A DNA stretch of 64,000 nucleotides from Thiohalospira sp. (GCA_046538755.1 JBKHIH010000007.1:16760-80759); one strand, 5' to 3'; counted from the stretch's first letter, positions 18,482 through 29,530 are shown. Translations and numbers: made by a program. Notes: generated by a model from the sequence alone, not told the origin.

Positions 18482-19741
18482 TTAAAAAGTTGTATTGATA
18501 GCCTCTACAGGATTTAATTGAGCCGCTGACCTGGCAGGAGCAAATCCCGATACTATACCTATTACAATAGAAATTGTTAATCCCAGAAGAATATTCCCAA
18601 AAGTTAGCGTAATGGTAAGGTCGGTTTGTGTATTGGCAAATAAACTTCCTAAATAAATTAAAAAAAGCCCTATTATTCCGCCAACCATTGATAAAAGAAC
18701 AGATTCGAATAAAAATTGAAATAATATAAAAAATCGTTTTGCACCTAATGCTTTTTGTATCCCAATTAAGTTGGTTCTTTCTTTTACAGATACAAACATA
18801 ATATTTGCAATACCAAAGCCACCAACTAAAATTGAAAATCCTCCAATAAGCCATCCGGCAATATTAATTACACCAAAAATACTTTTTAGGGTACTATCTA
18901 ATATGCTTGATTGGTTAAGAGCAAAATTATCTTTCTCCTGAGGGTGTAAAGTACGTACAGATCGTAAAATGCTTCGTAATTCATCTTTAAATTCAGTAAT
19001 TGATATATCCTTTTTTGCTTTAACCATTATCATAGGATTGGCATTATCACTTTTAATATCAATTAAAGTTTTTGCAAAATTTACAGGTAAAATAATCATT
19101 TCGTCAAGGCTCCCTCCGGTATTGAGTATATCCTTCCCCTCTTTTTTAATTTTTCCAACAACAGTGATTTTTCTGCCTTGTATTTTAATCTCTTTTCCTA
19201 TTGGATTAATACTTTTAAATAGATCGCTGGCTATCTGGTCTCCAATTAAACAAATATTCTTCCCTACAGCCGATTCGAAGGGTGTGAAATAACGCCCGCT
19301 TTCTAATTCAAAAGCACGAATTTTTTCAAACTCATATGTGTTGGCCCAAATAATTACATCGCTGGCAGTAAGGTTTTTATATTTAACTTTTCGCATGGTA
19401 GAAACAGCAAAATTAATATATTGTGCTTTTTCTGATCGTTTTTTTATATGTTCGAATTCTTTTAACGAGGGTAGTGGACGGTTTAAATATTCCCACCATG
19501 CATATTCTTCTCCGGGCTCTGGAGCCCATGGCCATTTTTGAACATATACCACATCATCACCCAGTGACGATAAACTTGTTTGAATATTATTTTCTAATGA
19601 ATCAACAACAGTAAAAACTGAAATGATTGCAAAAATACCTATGGTAATCCCTAAAAGAGTTAGGAGTGTTCTTAACCGATTAACTTTTAGTGCATTAAAT
19701 GCAAACAGAAAACTCTCTTTAATGAGTAATAAATAAAGCAT
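18482..19741 (-). CDS. ABC transporter permease, FtsX/MacB family
   Basis: LRTLLTLLGITIGI, GGFGIANIMFVSVKERT.LIGIQKALGA, PARSAAQLNPVEAI. Confidence 0.9.
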   Translation of the reverse strand: MLYLLLIKESFLFAFNALKVNRLRTLLTLLGITIGIFAIISVFTVVDSLENNIQTSLSSLGDDVVYVQKWPWAPEPGEEYAWWEYLNRPLPSLKEFEHIKKRSEKAQYINFAVSTMRKVKYKNLTASDVIIWANTYEFEKIRAFELESGRYFTPFESAVGKNICLIGDQIASDLFKSINPIGKEIKIQGRKITVVGKIKKEGKDILNTGGSLDEMIILPVNFAKTLIDIKSDNANPMIMVKAKKDISITEFKDELRSILRSVRTLHPQEKDNFALNQSSILDSTLKSIFGVINIAGWLIGGFSILVGGFGIANIMFVSVKERTNLIGIQKALGAKRFFILFQFLFESVLLSMVGGIIGLFLIYLGSLFANTQTDLTITLTFGNILLGLTISIVIGIVSGFAPARSAAQLNPVEAINTTF

Positions 19742-19919
19742 TTGTTATATAATAAAACTGTTAAAAAAAGATTTAAATAAATATACGTTTCCAAATTTTT
19801 TTTTTACACGATTATTTATATTTTCGAACAATTAATCCGTTTATTCAATCGTGCAGAATATCGGCAAAGATTTACCAATTTTACATTTGTAAAGTTAAAG
19901 AATATCGAGAATTTTTAAC

Positions 19920-19927
19920 TATTTTTG
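19920..19927 (+). promoter_or_regulatory. Putative -7 promoter box for the purH-mre operon
   Basis: Perfect TATTTTTG 24 nt before the purH ATG. Confidence 0.5.
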
Positions 19928-19951
19928 TGAGAATTTAATAATAGTATGTAA

Positions 19952-21478
19952 ATGAATGAATTAAAGCGAATAAAATCGGCACTTATTTCTGTTTATGATA
20001 AAAGTAATTTAGAGCCAATTATTCAAAAGTTAAATGAATTAAACGTTACCATTTACTCTACAGGAGGAACCAAAGAGTTTATTGAAAAACAGGGAATACC
20101 GGTTATTTCTGTAGAAAGTTTAACAGAGTATCCATCAATCTTAGGCGGGCGTGTAAAAACTTTACATCCAAAAATATTTGGGGGAATTCTGGCACGCAGA
20201 GATCACTCAATCGACATAAAAGAATTGGAAAATTACTCAATACCAACAATTGATTTGGTAATTGTTGATTTATATCCTTTCGAACAAACTGTAGCTTCGA
20301 ATGCTAATGAGCAGGAAATTATAGAAAAAATAGATATTGGAGGAATTGCACTTATCCGTGCAACAGCTAAGAATTTTAAAGAAACACTAATTATCCCTTC
20401 TAAGGATCAATATCAGGATTTGCTAACATTATTGGAGGTTAATAAAGGTAAAACTTCCATCAACGAGAGGAAAGAATTTGCCTTAAGAGCTTTTAATGTA
20501 ACATCGCATTACGATACCGCTATCTTTAATTATTTTAATAAGGATTTTAACTTCCCTGCATTTAAACAAAGTATTAATTCGAATACTGAATTAAGATACG
20601 GAGAAAATCCTCATCAAAAAGGATTTTTCTTTGGAAACTTAGATGAAGTTTTCGATCAGTTACATGGGAAACAGATTTCGTATAATAACCTTTTAGATAT
20701 CGAAGCTGCTGTTCAGTTAATGAGCGAATTTGAAGAAACAACATTTGCTATACTAAAACATAATAATGCCTGCGGCATAGCTTCCAGAAATAACTTAACC
20801 GATGCCTGGAAAGATGCTTTGGCTGGTGACCCTGTATCGGCATTTGGTGGAATATTAATCACAAACAAAGAAGTTGATAAAATAACTGCCGAAGAAATCA
20901 ATAAATTATTTTTTGAAGTAATTATAGCGCCATCATATGATCATGAGGCCCTTGAAATATTAAAATCAAAGAAAAACCGTATTATTTTAATTCAAAAATC
21001 AAATGCTTTTCCAAATACACAGTTCCGCTCTATGCTAAACGGTGTACTGGTACAAGACAAAGATTTGAAAATAGAGTATAAGGATGATTTGAAAATCGTA
21101 ACTCAAAAATCACCTTCTGAGAATGAAATTGATGATTTACTTTTTGCTAATAAAATTGTAAAACACTCAAAATCAAACACGATTGTTTTGGCCAGGAATA
21201 AGCAACTTTGTGCAAGCGGAGTAGGTCAAACATCCAGGGTTGATGCTTTGAAGCAAGCCATTGAAAAAGCCCGTAGTTTTAAATTTGATTTACAAGGTGC
21301 GGTAATGGCATCAGACGCTTTTTTCCCGTTTGCTGATTCTGTTGAAATTGCCAGTAAAGCAGGAATTACCTCGGTAATACAACCTGGCGGTTCGGTTAGG
21401 GATCAGGAATCGGTTGATTTTTGTAATCAAAACAAAATGGCAATGGTTTTTACAGGTACACGACATTTTAAACATTAA
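19952..21478 (+). CDS. purH: Bifunctional AICAR transformylase/IMP cyclohydrolase
   Basis: ALISVYDK, GGRVKTLHP, IDIGG, LRYGENPHQ, ASDAFFPF, FTGTRHFKH. Confidence 0.97.
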   Translation: MNELKRIKSALISVYDKSNLEPIIQKLNELNVTIYSTGGTKEFIEKQGIPVISVESLTEYPSILGGRVKTLHPKIFGGILARRDHSIDIKELENYSIPTIDLVIVDLYPFEQTVASNANEQEIIEKIDIGGIALIRATAKNFKETLIIPSKDQYQDLLTLLEVNKGKTSINERKEFALRAFNVTSHYDTAIFNYFNKDFNFPAFKQSINSNTELRYGENPHQKGFFFGNLDEVFDQLHGKQISYNNLLDIEAAVQLMSEFEETTFAILKHNNACGIASRNNLTDAWKDALAGDPVSAFGGILITNKEVDKITAEEINKLFFEVIIAPSYDHEALEILKSKKNRIILIQKSNAFPNTQFRSMLNGVLVQDKDLKIEYKDDLKIVTQKSPSENEIDDLLFANKIVKHSKSNTIVLARNKQLCASGVGQTSRVDALKQAIEKARSFKFDLQGAVMASDAFFPFADSVEIASKAGITSVIQPGGSVRDQESVDFCNQNKMAMVFTGTRHFKH

Positions 21479-21515
21479 TATCAATTATTTATAAAATTTA
21501 AATAGATAACGCATA

Positions 21516-22538
21516 ATGGGATTGTTTTCATTTTTTACACAGGAATTAGCAATTGACTTAGGCACTGCTAATACCATTATCATTCATAACGATAAAATTG
21601 TAGTGGATGAACCATCAATAGTGGCTGTTGAGCAAAGTACCGGCAAACTTGTAGCAATAGGTAAAAAAGCTCGTCAGATGCATGGTAAAACACATATAAA
21701 TATCAGAACCATAAGGCCATTAAAAGACGGAGTAATAGCCGATTTTAACGCAGCAGAGCAGATGATTCGTGGTATGATTAAAATGATTAACCGAAAGCCA
21801 CAAATGTTTGCTCCTTCTTTACGAATGGTAGTTTGTATACCTTCTGGAAGTACAGAGGTTGAGATGCGTGCCGTTCGTGATTCTTCTGAACATGCTGGCG
21901 GAAGAGATGTGTTTATGATTTATGAACCTATGGCAGCAGCAATTGGGATGGGAATTGATGTAGAGGAACCTAAAGGTAGTATGGTTGTTGATATTGGAGG
22001 TGGTACAACCGAAGTGGCCGTTATTGCTTTGGGAGGTATTGTTTGTAATAAATCGATAAGAATTGCCGGCGATGCATTTACTGCCGATATACAAGCCTAT
22101 ATGCGGCATCAGCATAATATAAAAATTGGCGAACGTACTGCAGAAGAGGTTAAAATCAATGTAGGATCATGTTTGCCAGAGTTGGAAAATCCACCAGAAG
22201 ATTATATTGTTCGCGGCCCCAATTTAATGACAGCAATGCCTGTGGAGATACCTATTTCCTACCAGGAAATAGCTCATTGTTTAGATAAATCAATTTCGAA
22301 AGTTGAAACTGCAATCTTAAGTGTTTTAGAACAAACGCCACCAGAGCTTTATGCCGATATCGTTAACGACGGTATATATTTGGCCGGAGGCGGGGCATTA
22401 ATGCGGGGATTAGCCCAACGGCTAACTGATAAAATCGGTATCCCTTTTCATGTGGCAGAAGACCCCCTTCATGCTGTAGCAAGAGGTACAGGAATTGCAC
22501 TTAAAAATGTAGATAAATTCTCATTCCTGATGAGATAA
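21516..22538 (+). CDS. mreB: Rod shape-determining protein MreB
   Basis: AIDLGTANT, VDIGGGTTE, LAGGGAL. Confidence 0.97.
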   Translation: MGLFSFFTQELAIDLGTANTIIIHNDKIVVDEPSIVAVEQSTGKLVAIGKKARQMHGKTHINIRTIRPLKDGVIADFNAAEQMIRGMIKMINRKPQMFAPSLRMVVCIPSGSTEVEMRAVRDSSEHAGGRDVFMIYEPMAAAIGMGIDVEEPKGSMVVDIGGGTTEVAVIALGGIVCNKSIRIAGDAFTADIQAYMRHQHNIKIGERTAEEVKINVGSCLPELENPPEDYIVRGPNLMTAMPVEIPISYQEIAHCLDKSISKVETAILSVLEQTPPELYADIVNDGIYLAGGGALMRGLAQRLTDKIGIPFHVAEDPLHAVARGTGIALKNVDKFSFLMR

Positions 22539-22568
22539 TTATTTGAAATACGATAAGATGAAAAATCT

Positions 22569-23399
22569 ATGAAAAGCCTGTTAAATTTTTTATTAAGGAT
22601 TCATTTTTTGCTTTTATTCATTCTTATCGAGGTTTTTTCAATTTCTTTACTTGTTAACAATAATAATTTTCAGAGGGCACGGATGGTGAATTTTACCAGG
22701 CAATTATCAGGTAAATATCATCAAAAACTTGCTAATTTAAAGGAGTATTTCTCATTAAAAGAAGAAAATCAACAATTAATAGAAGAAAATAACCGTTTAT
22801 TAAATATTATTGAGTCTACCTATAAATCGGATGAAATATTTTTCCGTAATGTTAACGATACAGTTTATAATCAAAGGTATTTTTATACTCCGGCAAAAGT
22901 TGTAAATAATTCCATAAATAAAAAACATAATTATATTACTTTAGATAAGGGAGGGAAACAAGGTATAAAGCCTGAAATGGCTGTGGTTTCAGATGGAAGT
23001 ATTGTAGGGGTTGTAAAAGGCGTATCAAAAAATTTTGCCACAGTAATATCACTTTTAAACCTTGATTTTAAAATAAGTGCCAAAGTGAAAAAAAATGGTT
23101 ATTTTGGTTCGTTAATTTGGAATGGCAACAATTATAATACAGCTGTTTTAAATGAAATACCTTTGCATGCTGATATTCAACCAGGAGATACTATTATTAC
23201 CAGCGGATTTTCATCTATTTATCCCGAAGGAATTTTAATTGGCTATATTGAAGATTTTGAAGAAAAAAGTGGGAGTTTTTATACAATTTATGTTAAGCTT
23301 TCAACCGATTTTAAACGATTAAACAATGTTAATATTATAGGAAATCTTACACAAATAGAAAAATTAGAACTAGAACAAGAAGCCGAAAAAAATGATTAA
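22569..23399 (+). CDS. mreC: Rod shape-determining protein MreC
   Basis: N-terminal TM and coiled coil (LKEENQQL), TLDKGGKQGIKPEMAV, ITSGFSSIYPEG; operon position. Confidence 0.93.
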   Translation: MKSLLNFLLRIHFLLLFILIEVFSISLLVNNNNFQRARMVNFTRQLSGKYHQKLANLKEYFSLKEENQQLIEENNRLLNIIESTYKSDEIFFRNVNDTVYNQRYFYTPAKVVNNSINKKHNYITLDKGGKQGIKPEMAVVSDGSIVGVVKGVSKNFATVISLLNLDFKISAKVKKNGYFGSLIWNGNNYNTAVLNEIPLHADIQPGDTIITSGFSSIYPEGILIGYIEDFEEKSGSFYTIYVKLSTDFKRLNNVNIIGNLTQIEKLELEQEAEKND

Positions 23400-23910
23400 A
23401 ATCGTTCCGCGATATTTGTTTAATTTTATATTACTTGTTTTACTGCAGGTTTTTGTTTTGAATAACATTCAGTTTAGCGGGTATATCAACCCTTATATTT
23501 ATGTTGTATTTATACTCACCTTACCTTTTGAAACCCCAAAGTGGTTATTGCTTGTACTGGGTTTTTCAATGGGTATTACTATTGATTTATTTTCGAATAC
23601 TATTGGGATGCATAGTTCTGCTACTGTTTTTATGGCTTTCTTACGGCCTTTTGTTTTAAAAATAATATCACCACGCGATGGGTATGAATCAGAGACTTAT
23701 CCACAATTAAGATATTATGGAGGAAGCTGGTTTTTAAAATATTCTATTATTTTGGTTTTTGCCCATCATTTATTTTTATTCTATATCGAAGTTTTCAGGT
23801 TTTCTGATTTTTTTGCAACATTATTGAGAGTTATATTAAGTTCGTTTTTTTCGATATTATTAATTGTAATTGGACAGTATTTTTACAGAAAAGATACTAA
23901 ACGATTTTAA
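23392..23910 (+). CDS. mreD: Rod shape-determining protein MreD
   Basis: Hydrophobic 172 aa, GITIDLFSNTIGMHS; located between mreC and mrdA. Confidence 0.9.
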   Translation: MIKIVPRYLFNFILLVLLQVFVLNNIQFSGYINPYIYVVFILTLPFETPKWLLLVLGFSMGITIDLFSNTIGMHSSATVFMAFLRPFVLKIISPRDGYESETYPQLRYYGGSWFLKYSIILVFAHHLFLFYIEVFRFSDFFATLLRVILSSFFSILLIVIGQYFYRKDTKRF

Positions 23911-23921
23911 AATAAATATCT

Positions 23922-25760
23922 GTGGATTCATTTGCCGTCAGAAAATATATTATAAGCTTATTAATTGTTATTGTTGGATTAATATACGTTATTAGATTAT
24001 TTGTACTTCAGGTAGTTGATCCTACCTATAAATTATCAGCCAGTAACAATGTAATTCGATATGTAACACAATATCCTGCACGTGGATTAATATACGACCG
24101 TAATGGCAAGTTACTGGTGTATAACGAAGCGGCTTATGATTTAATGGTTAACCCTTTGCAGCTTAAGGCATTTGATACTACCGAATTCTGTCAAATTCTT
24201 GATGTAAATAAGGAATACGTGAGAGAATCAATAAATAAGGCAATTGAGTATTCGAGATATAAACCTTCTATTTTTTTAAAGCAGGTATCTTCAAAAACTT
24301 ATGCTCACTTACAAGAAAAACTTTACAAGTTTCCCGGATTTTTTGTTCAGGCACGTACATTACGAAGGTATAGTTCAGATATAGGTGCACATGTTTTGGG
24401 TTATGTAGGAGAAGTTAATGACCGGATTATTGAGCAGGATGTGTACTATAAATCAGGCGATTATATTGGTATTAGTGGAATAGAACAATCATACGAAAAA
24501 TATATTCGCGGGAAAAAAGGAGTTAATGTATTTTTAGTAGACGTACATAACCGCATTAAAGGCCCTTATGCCGAAGGGAAACTTGATAAAAAAGCAGAAG
24601 TAGGAGCCAATATAATTTCTACAATTGATGCAAACCTTCAGGCTTATGGAGAAAAGTTAATGACAAATAAAATTGGGAGTATTGTTGCTATTGAACCTTC
24701 CACTGGTGAAATTTTAGCTCTGGTTTCTTCACCTGCTTACGATCCAGATTTGCTTATTGGGCGTAAACGTACTTTAAATTATGTTAAACTAATGACAGAC
24801 ACTCTTAAACCATTATTTAACCGTGCATTAATGGCTCAATACCCTCCCGGTTCAACCTTTAAAGTTATAAATGCATTAATTGGATTACAAGAGAAAGTAC
24901 TCTTTCCATCAACAAAATATGATTGCCAGGGTGCTTATTATGCAAGAAATATAAGAATGGGATGTCATTTCCATAAATCACCAACAGATTTAGTTCAATC
25001 TATTCAGGTTTCTTGTAATACTTACTATTGTAATGTTTTCCGAAATATTTTAGATAATAAACGTTATGCATCTATCCATGAATCATTTGATAAATGGCAG
25101 GAATATATCATGTCTTTTGGATTTGGGCAAAAACTTAATACTGATTTTACCAATGAGTTAAAAGGGATAGTACCAACTAAAGATCTATATAATCTGATTT
25201 ATGGCGAAAAAGGATGGAGTTCTTTAACTGTTCTTTCATTGGCAATTGGACAGGGCGAGCTTGGTATTACACCGTTACAAATGGCCAATATGACTGCTAC
25301 ATTAGCAAATCGAGGGTATTATATTACACCGCATATTGTTAAAGAAATAGAAGGAGATTATACATTAGATTCACGGTTTAAAGAAAAACAATATACTCTT
25401 ATTGACTCCTCATACTTTGAAAAAGTAATTGATGGTATGGATTTGGCTGTAAATGGAGAGCCTGGAAGCGGTAGTACTGCCCGGAGTGCACATCTTGAAG
25501 ATATTGTTGTTTGTGGGAAAACAGGAACAGCTGAAAATCCTCATGGCGAAGACCATTCTATTTTTATAGCATTTGCACCTAAAGATGATCCCAAAATTGC
25601 TTTAGCAGTTTACATCGAAAATGGTGGATTTGGTGGTACATGGGCAGCACCAACAGCAAAACTGATGATCGAAAAATATTTAAACGATACTATTTCAGTA
25701 CCGTGGTGGGAACAGTATATTTTAAATACAAATCTTATGTTTAATGAGAAGAAGGATTAA
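23922..25760 (+). CDS. mrdA: Penicillin-binding protein 2
   Basis: PARGLIYDRNG, YPPGSTFK (SxxK), SCN (SxN), GKTGT. Confidence 0.95.
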   Translation: MDSFAVRKYIISLLIVIVGLIYVIRLFVLQVVDPTYKLSASNNVIRYVTQYPARGLIYDRNGKLLVYNEAAYDLMVNPLQLKAFDTTEFCQILDVNKEYVRESINKAIEYSRYKPSIFLKQVSSKTYAHLQEKLYKFPGFFVQARTLRRYSSDIGAHVLGYVGEVNDRIIEQDVYYKSGDYIGISGIEQSYEKYIRGKKGVNVFLVDVHNRIKGPYAEGKLDKKAEVGANIISTIDANLQAYGEKLMTNKIGSIVAIEPSTGEILALVSSPAYDPDLLIGRKRTLNYVKLMTDTLKPLFNRALMAQYPPGSTFKVINALIGLQEKVLFPSTKYDCQGAYYARNIRMGCHFHKSPTDLVQSIQVSCNTYYCNVFRNILDNKRYASIHESFDKWQEYIMSFGFGQKLNTDFTNELKGIVPTKDLYNLIYGEKGWSSLTVLSLAIGQGELGITPLQMANMTATLANRGYYITPHIVKEIEGDYTLDSRFKEKQYTLIDSSYFEKVIDGMDLAVNGEPGSGSTARSAHLEDIVVCGKTGTAENPHGEDHSIFIAFAPKDDPKIALAVYIENGGFGGTWAAPTAKLMIEKYLNDTISVPWWEQYILNTNLMFNEKKD

Positions 25761-27168
25761 CATATGGGCCAATGTAGATTGGTTATTGGTTGCTCTTTAT
25801 TTACTCCTGGTTTTTATGGGCTGGGTAAATATTTATGCAGCTGTTTATAACGAAGAACATCAAAGTATTATTGATTTTTCAATGCGTTATGGCAAACAAC
25901 TTATATGGATTTCTGCAGCTATAGTAATTGCTTTTCTTGTTTTTATTGTTGATATTAATTTTTACTCTTATTTTGCCTATGCCATTTATGGAATCATGAT
26001 TTTTTTATTGATTTTGGTGTTATTTTTTGGAGTTGAAGTAAATGCTGCTAAATCATGGTTTCAATTTGGGAATATTAGAATACAACCAACGGAGTTTGCT
26101 AAAATCGCTACAGCACTTGCTATAGCAAGGTACTTGAGCTCTTTCAATGTGCAAATAAATACCTTTAAATCATACTGGAGACTGGCTGCCATAATTTTAG
26201 TTCCGGCCATTTTAACGTTTATTCAAAATGATACAGGATCAGCTTTAGTATATTTTGTTTTTATATTGGTTTTATTTCGCGAGGGATTATCATTAGAGAT
26301 TCTTTTGCTCGGTGTTTTTATGATTATTTTATTTGTATTAGCGATGGTACTTGAAAAACTTACCATCATAATACTTTCTATAGGAGTTATTTTTATTGTA
26401 TTTGCTTTTATAAATCGAAAAATTAAAAATTTCGGGATTGCATTATTGATATTAATTTTTTCATCATTAATAATTTTTGGTTTAAATTATTTTTTAGATT
26501 TAGGGCTTACTAATTTTTATATTATTCTTACTGCATTAGGAGCCTCTTCCCTGGTATATATTGTTTTAGCGGTTAGATATAAATTCAGGAATGTTTTCAT
26601 TTTATTGATATTCCTTTTTGGCTCAATTATTTTTACCTTTTCGATTGATTATGTATTTAATAATTTTCTTGAACCACACCAACAAAAAAGGATTAACGTT
26701 GTTTTAGGCCTAGAATCTGACCCATATGGAGTTGAGTATAATGTAAATCAATCAAAAATTGCAATTGGTTCAGGCGGACTTTCAGGAAAAGGATTTTTAC
26801 GTGGAACCCAAACGAAATATGATTTTGTACCAGAGCAAAGTACCGATTTTATTTTTTGTACTATTGGTGAAGAGTGGGGGTTTATAGGAACTTTCACCAT
26901 TGTTACTTTATTTATAATATTTTTATTAAGATTAGTTTATATTGCCGAAAGGCAAAGGTCTGCATTTAGTCGTATTTATGGATATGGGGTAATTTCAGTA
27001 TTGTTTTTTCATGTAGCAATAAATATTGGCATGACAATAGGGTTGGTGCCTGTAATTGGTATTCCATTGCCCTTTTTTAGTTATGGAGGTTCTTCTCTGT
27101 GGGCATTTACAATTTTGCTTTTTATATTCTTGCGCTTAGATGCCAGTCGGTTGGAAATGTTAAGATAA
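25744..27168 (+). CDS. rodA: Rod shape-determining protein RodA (SEDS family)
   Basis: IQPTEFAK, QSKIAIGSGG, PEQSTDFIF, GIPLPFFSYGGSS. Confidence 0.95.
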   Translation: MRRRINIWANVDWLLVALYLLLVFMGWVNIYAAVYNEEHQSIIDFSMRYGKQLIWISAAIVIAFLVFIVDINFYSYFAYAIYGIMIFLLILVLFFGVEVNAAKSWFQFGNIRIQPTEFAKIATALAIARYLSSFNVQINTFKSYWRLAAIILVPAILTFIQNDTGSALVYFVFILVLFREGLSLEILLLGVFMIILFVLAMVLEKLTIIILSIGVIFIVFAFINRKIKNFGIALLILIFSSLIIFGLNYFLDLGLTNFYIILTALGASSLVYIVLAVRYKFRNVFILLIFLFGSIIFTFSIDYVFNNFLEPHQQKRINVVLGLESDPYGVEYNVNQSKIAIGSGGLSGKGFLRGTQTKYDFVPEQSTDFIFCTIGEEWGFIGTFTIVTLFIIFLLRLVYIAERQRSAFSRIYGYGVISVLFFHVAINIGMTIGLVPVIGIPLPFFSYGGSSLWAFTILLFIFLRLDASRLEMLR

Positions 27169-27173
27169 AAAAA

Positions 27174-27194
27174 CGGGGCATAAGAAAAGCCCCG
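27174..27194. terminator. Probable bidirectional terminator between convergent rodA and the kamA-like gene
   Basis: CGGGGC/GCCCCG stem flanked by A- and T-rich tracts. Confidence 0.6.
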
Positions 27195-27203
27195 CTTGTT
27201 TAA

Positions 27204-29381
27204 TTAATCCTGAAGTTCAAGATTTGTGAATTCTTCTGTAGTTTTAAAATTGTAATCAGGGTAAATATAAATGGGCATTCTTTTTTCTGTTTCACCGATT
27301 GAATAACCCCAAAGATTTTTATACTCATTAATATCTTCGCCCATATCTTCGATCTGTTTTAGGTATTCTCCAATAGGTTTTGATTCTACAATAACAACTT
27401 TACCCATTTGGTCTATAATTGGGCTATGCCTTCTGTTGGCATCATGATCAAATTCTAGAATTCTTCTTCCTTGCCTGGTTATGCCTATTGTTCTGTAAGT
27501 AAGACTCTTGCCAACACCAGGTAAGTTAAGCACATTTCTGTCGGTAGCAAGAAATGGTATATTTGCTTTTTCCCGCAAATCATTAATATTTTCAATCATT
27601 TTTTCTGCATTCTCGGGAAATGTATGAACCAGTTCATTGAATTCTTTTGGTATAACTCCTAATCGTTTTTCTTCTAATTGTTCCTGAACCGCTCTTGCAT
27701 TTGTAGCAAAGTTGTGATAATTCTCCATATAACCTTTTACCGAAAAAGTGTAATAAGTTAAAACTCCAGCATCGTTAAGTATTTTTCTTAACTTGGCTGT
27801 ATGCCCTCTTCTTGAGGCGGCTGTTGTAAATACCATCTGGTTTGTAATTGTCCATCCGGCAGAGATGATCTTTTTTAACCCTTTTACAGTATCCGGAGTT
27901 ACTTCCATAGCCGACTCAAAATGGGTTTGAATTACAAATTGTTTAATGCCAATTTTTGATGCTTTTTGTTTAAAATCGGCAAGTATCTCAGCTAGCTCAT
28001 CAGTAATTCTTTGTGGAAGGTAAACCGGTAGTCTCGTGCCCAGCCTTACACGTAACATTTCGGCATGTTTTTCACCTTCTTTTAAATATTTATTATTTTT
28101 CTTCTTATTCAGGGCCATTTCGTATACTGCATCCAAAATTCTCTTCAGAGATTTATCAGAGCTCATTAATGCATCACCACCTGTAATCAGGATATCGCGT
28201 AATTGAGTATCTTCTTCAAAATATTTTAAAAGGCGTACAAGTTTTTTGGGCCAGGTTTCTGTGGGCTTTAATTTATCCAAATCAAAATTTAAATTCCCTC
28301 TTTGAAAATCGTACATTCGTTGACATGATACGCAAAGCCCTCCACAAGCACGTCCCATCGAATCGGGAATTAAAATTGCTACTTCGGGGTAACGCCGGTG
28401 AATATTATGGTCCGACGGTAGTAACCAACCTGCGGCATTGGGTTTTCCCGGCTCAACAATATCTTCTTTTTCCCATGCAACAATATGTCCAAATTCATCA
28501 ATAAGCTCCTGGCTGTAAATAATATAATCTCTAATGGCTAAATCTGCATTGGTTCGGTCTTTGGTATCAAGTAAAGACAGGTAGTAAGGATTAACAAAAA
28601 ATGGGATTCCTGCTTCTTTGGCAGCATGCAGAGTTTGCATAGTTTCAGGGTCGAGTGAATAGTCAAGCATTTTATTTAATAAATCAGGCTTACGAACAGC
28701 AAATTTTAAATGGAAAAGTTTTGACTCCCACCATTCATTCATTTTTTCCATTTTTTGTTCATGGCTCATGCCCGGATCAAAAGAAAAGCTGGTGGATTTA
28801 ACTTCTCCCGACTCGATCATTTCCAGAATGACTCTTAAAATACGCTCTTTATTTTCTTTTCTTGCCTCTATTATTTTAGGGTCAAGCCCGGAGGGATGTC
28901 TATTCATCCACTCTTGCACTTTGCTTTCATCAGGCTTGTTTAGTTTGTTTTTACCGGTAAACTGCCTGAATAATTCGAGCATATCAAGAAAAAATAAATA
29001 TTTACCTCCGCCGGTTCCATGATTGGCAGCTAACCATAAAATTCTAAAAGGATTACTGATATCTTGTTTGCCTCTTAAATTCAGGTCTTCGTATTTAAGG
29101 TTTGCATATTTTATATAATCCAAAATTCTTATGGCAGCAAAGTCTTTCCATTTTAATTTTTCGAAAGGTTTACGGCCTTTTAACTCTTCTTTATAATATT
29201 TATAAGCAGTGGTATTTTGTTTTAACTCTTCTTCTGCCCATATTTTTAATTCATTGATTGCTTCATCTTCGGACATTGAGAGAATTGTTTTTAATTTAGG
29301 GGTTTCCTGGAAAAGAATATTTAATATTTTTTGAGCCTTAGGACTGATCTTTACTTTTTCTTCTTTAATTCTATCCACCAT
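27204..29381 (-). CDS. KamA (lysine 2,3-aminomutase)-family radical SAM protein, long form
   Basis: HRRYPEVA, CGGLCVSCQR (CxxxCxxC), DILITGGDALM, RLGTRLPV, LPGVGK (candidate PLP lysine); GAGGAG 5 nt upstream of the ATG. Confidence 0.85.
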   Translation of the reverse strand: MVDRIKEEKVKISPKAQKILNILFQETPKLKTILSMSEDEAINELKIWAEEELKQNTTAYKYYKEELKGRKPFEKLKWKDFAAIRILDYIKYANLKYEDLNLRGKQDISNPFRILWLAANHGTGGGKYLFFLDMLELFRQFTGKNKLNKPDESKVQEWMNRHPSGLDPKIIEARKENKERILRVILEMIESGEVKSTSFSFDPGMSHEQKMEKMNEWWESKLFHLKFAVRKPDLLNKMLDYSLDPETMQTLHAAKEAGIPFFVNPYYLSLLDTKDRTNADLAIRDYIIYSQELIDEFGHIVAWEKEDIVEPGKPNAAGWLLPSDHNIHRRYPEVAILIPDSMGRACGGLCVSCQRMYDFQRGNLNFDLDKLKPTETWPKKLVRLLKYFEEDTQLRDILITGGDALMSSDKSLKRILDAVYEMALNKKKNNKYLKEGEKHAEMLRVRLGTRLPVYLPQRITDELAEILADFKQKASKIGIKQFVIQTHFESAMEVTPDTVKGLKKIISAGWTITNQMVFTTAASRRGHTAKLRKILNDAGVLTYYTFSVKGYMENYHNFATNARAVQEQLEEKRLGVIPKEFNELVHTFPENAEKMIENINDLREKANIPFLATDRNVLNLPGVGKSLTYRTIGITRQGRRILEFDHDANRRHSPIIDQMGKVVIVESKPIGEYLKQIEDMGEDINEYKNLWGYSIGETEKRMPIYIYPDYNFKTTEEFTNLELQD

Positions 29382-29411
29382 AACTTCTCCTCTTTTTTGT
29401 TAACATTCATT

Positions 29412-29530
29412 ACTGCACTATTAATAATTGGCCATACTTATCTTTTAAAAAAAAGATTACTCACACCTAAAATTAGTGTTATATTGAGTAAGTCCCTAAA
29501 ATATAAGGGGATTGGCCAGAGTGTGGCAGT
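29412..29530 (-). promoter_or_regulatory. Candidate multi-stem cis-regulatory RNA in the kamA-like leader
   Basis: Nested helices ACTGC/GCAGT and TGGCCA/TGGCCA enclose the hairpins ATCTTTT/AAAAGAT, TTACTCA/TGAGTAA and TCCC/GGGA (plus-strand text). Confidence 0.4.

Noticed and set aside
19952-27168. purH joined to the mreBCD-mrdA-rodA operon; long RodA
   Set aside because: Ordinary Bacteroidota gene order and protein length.
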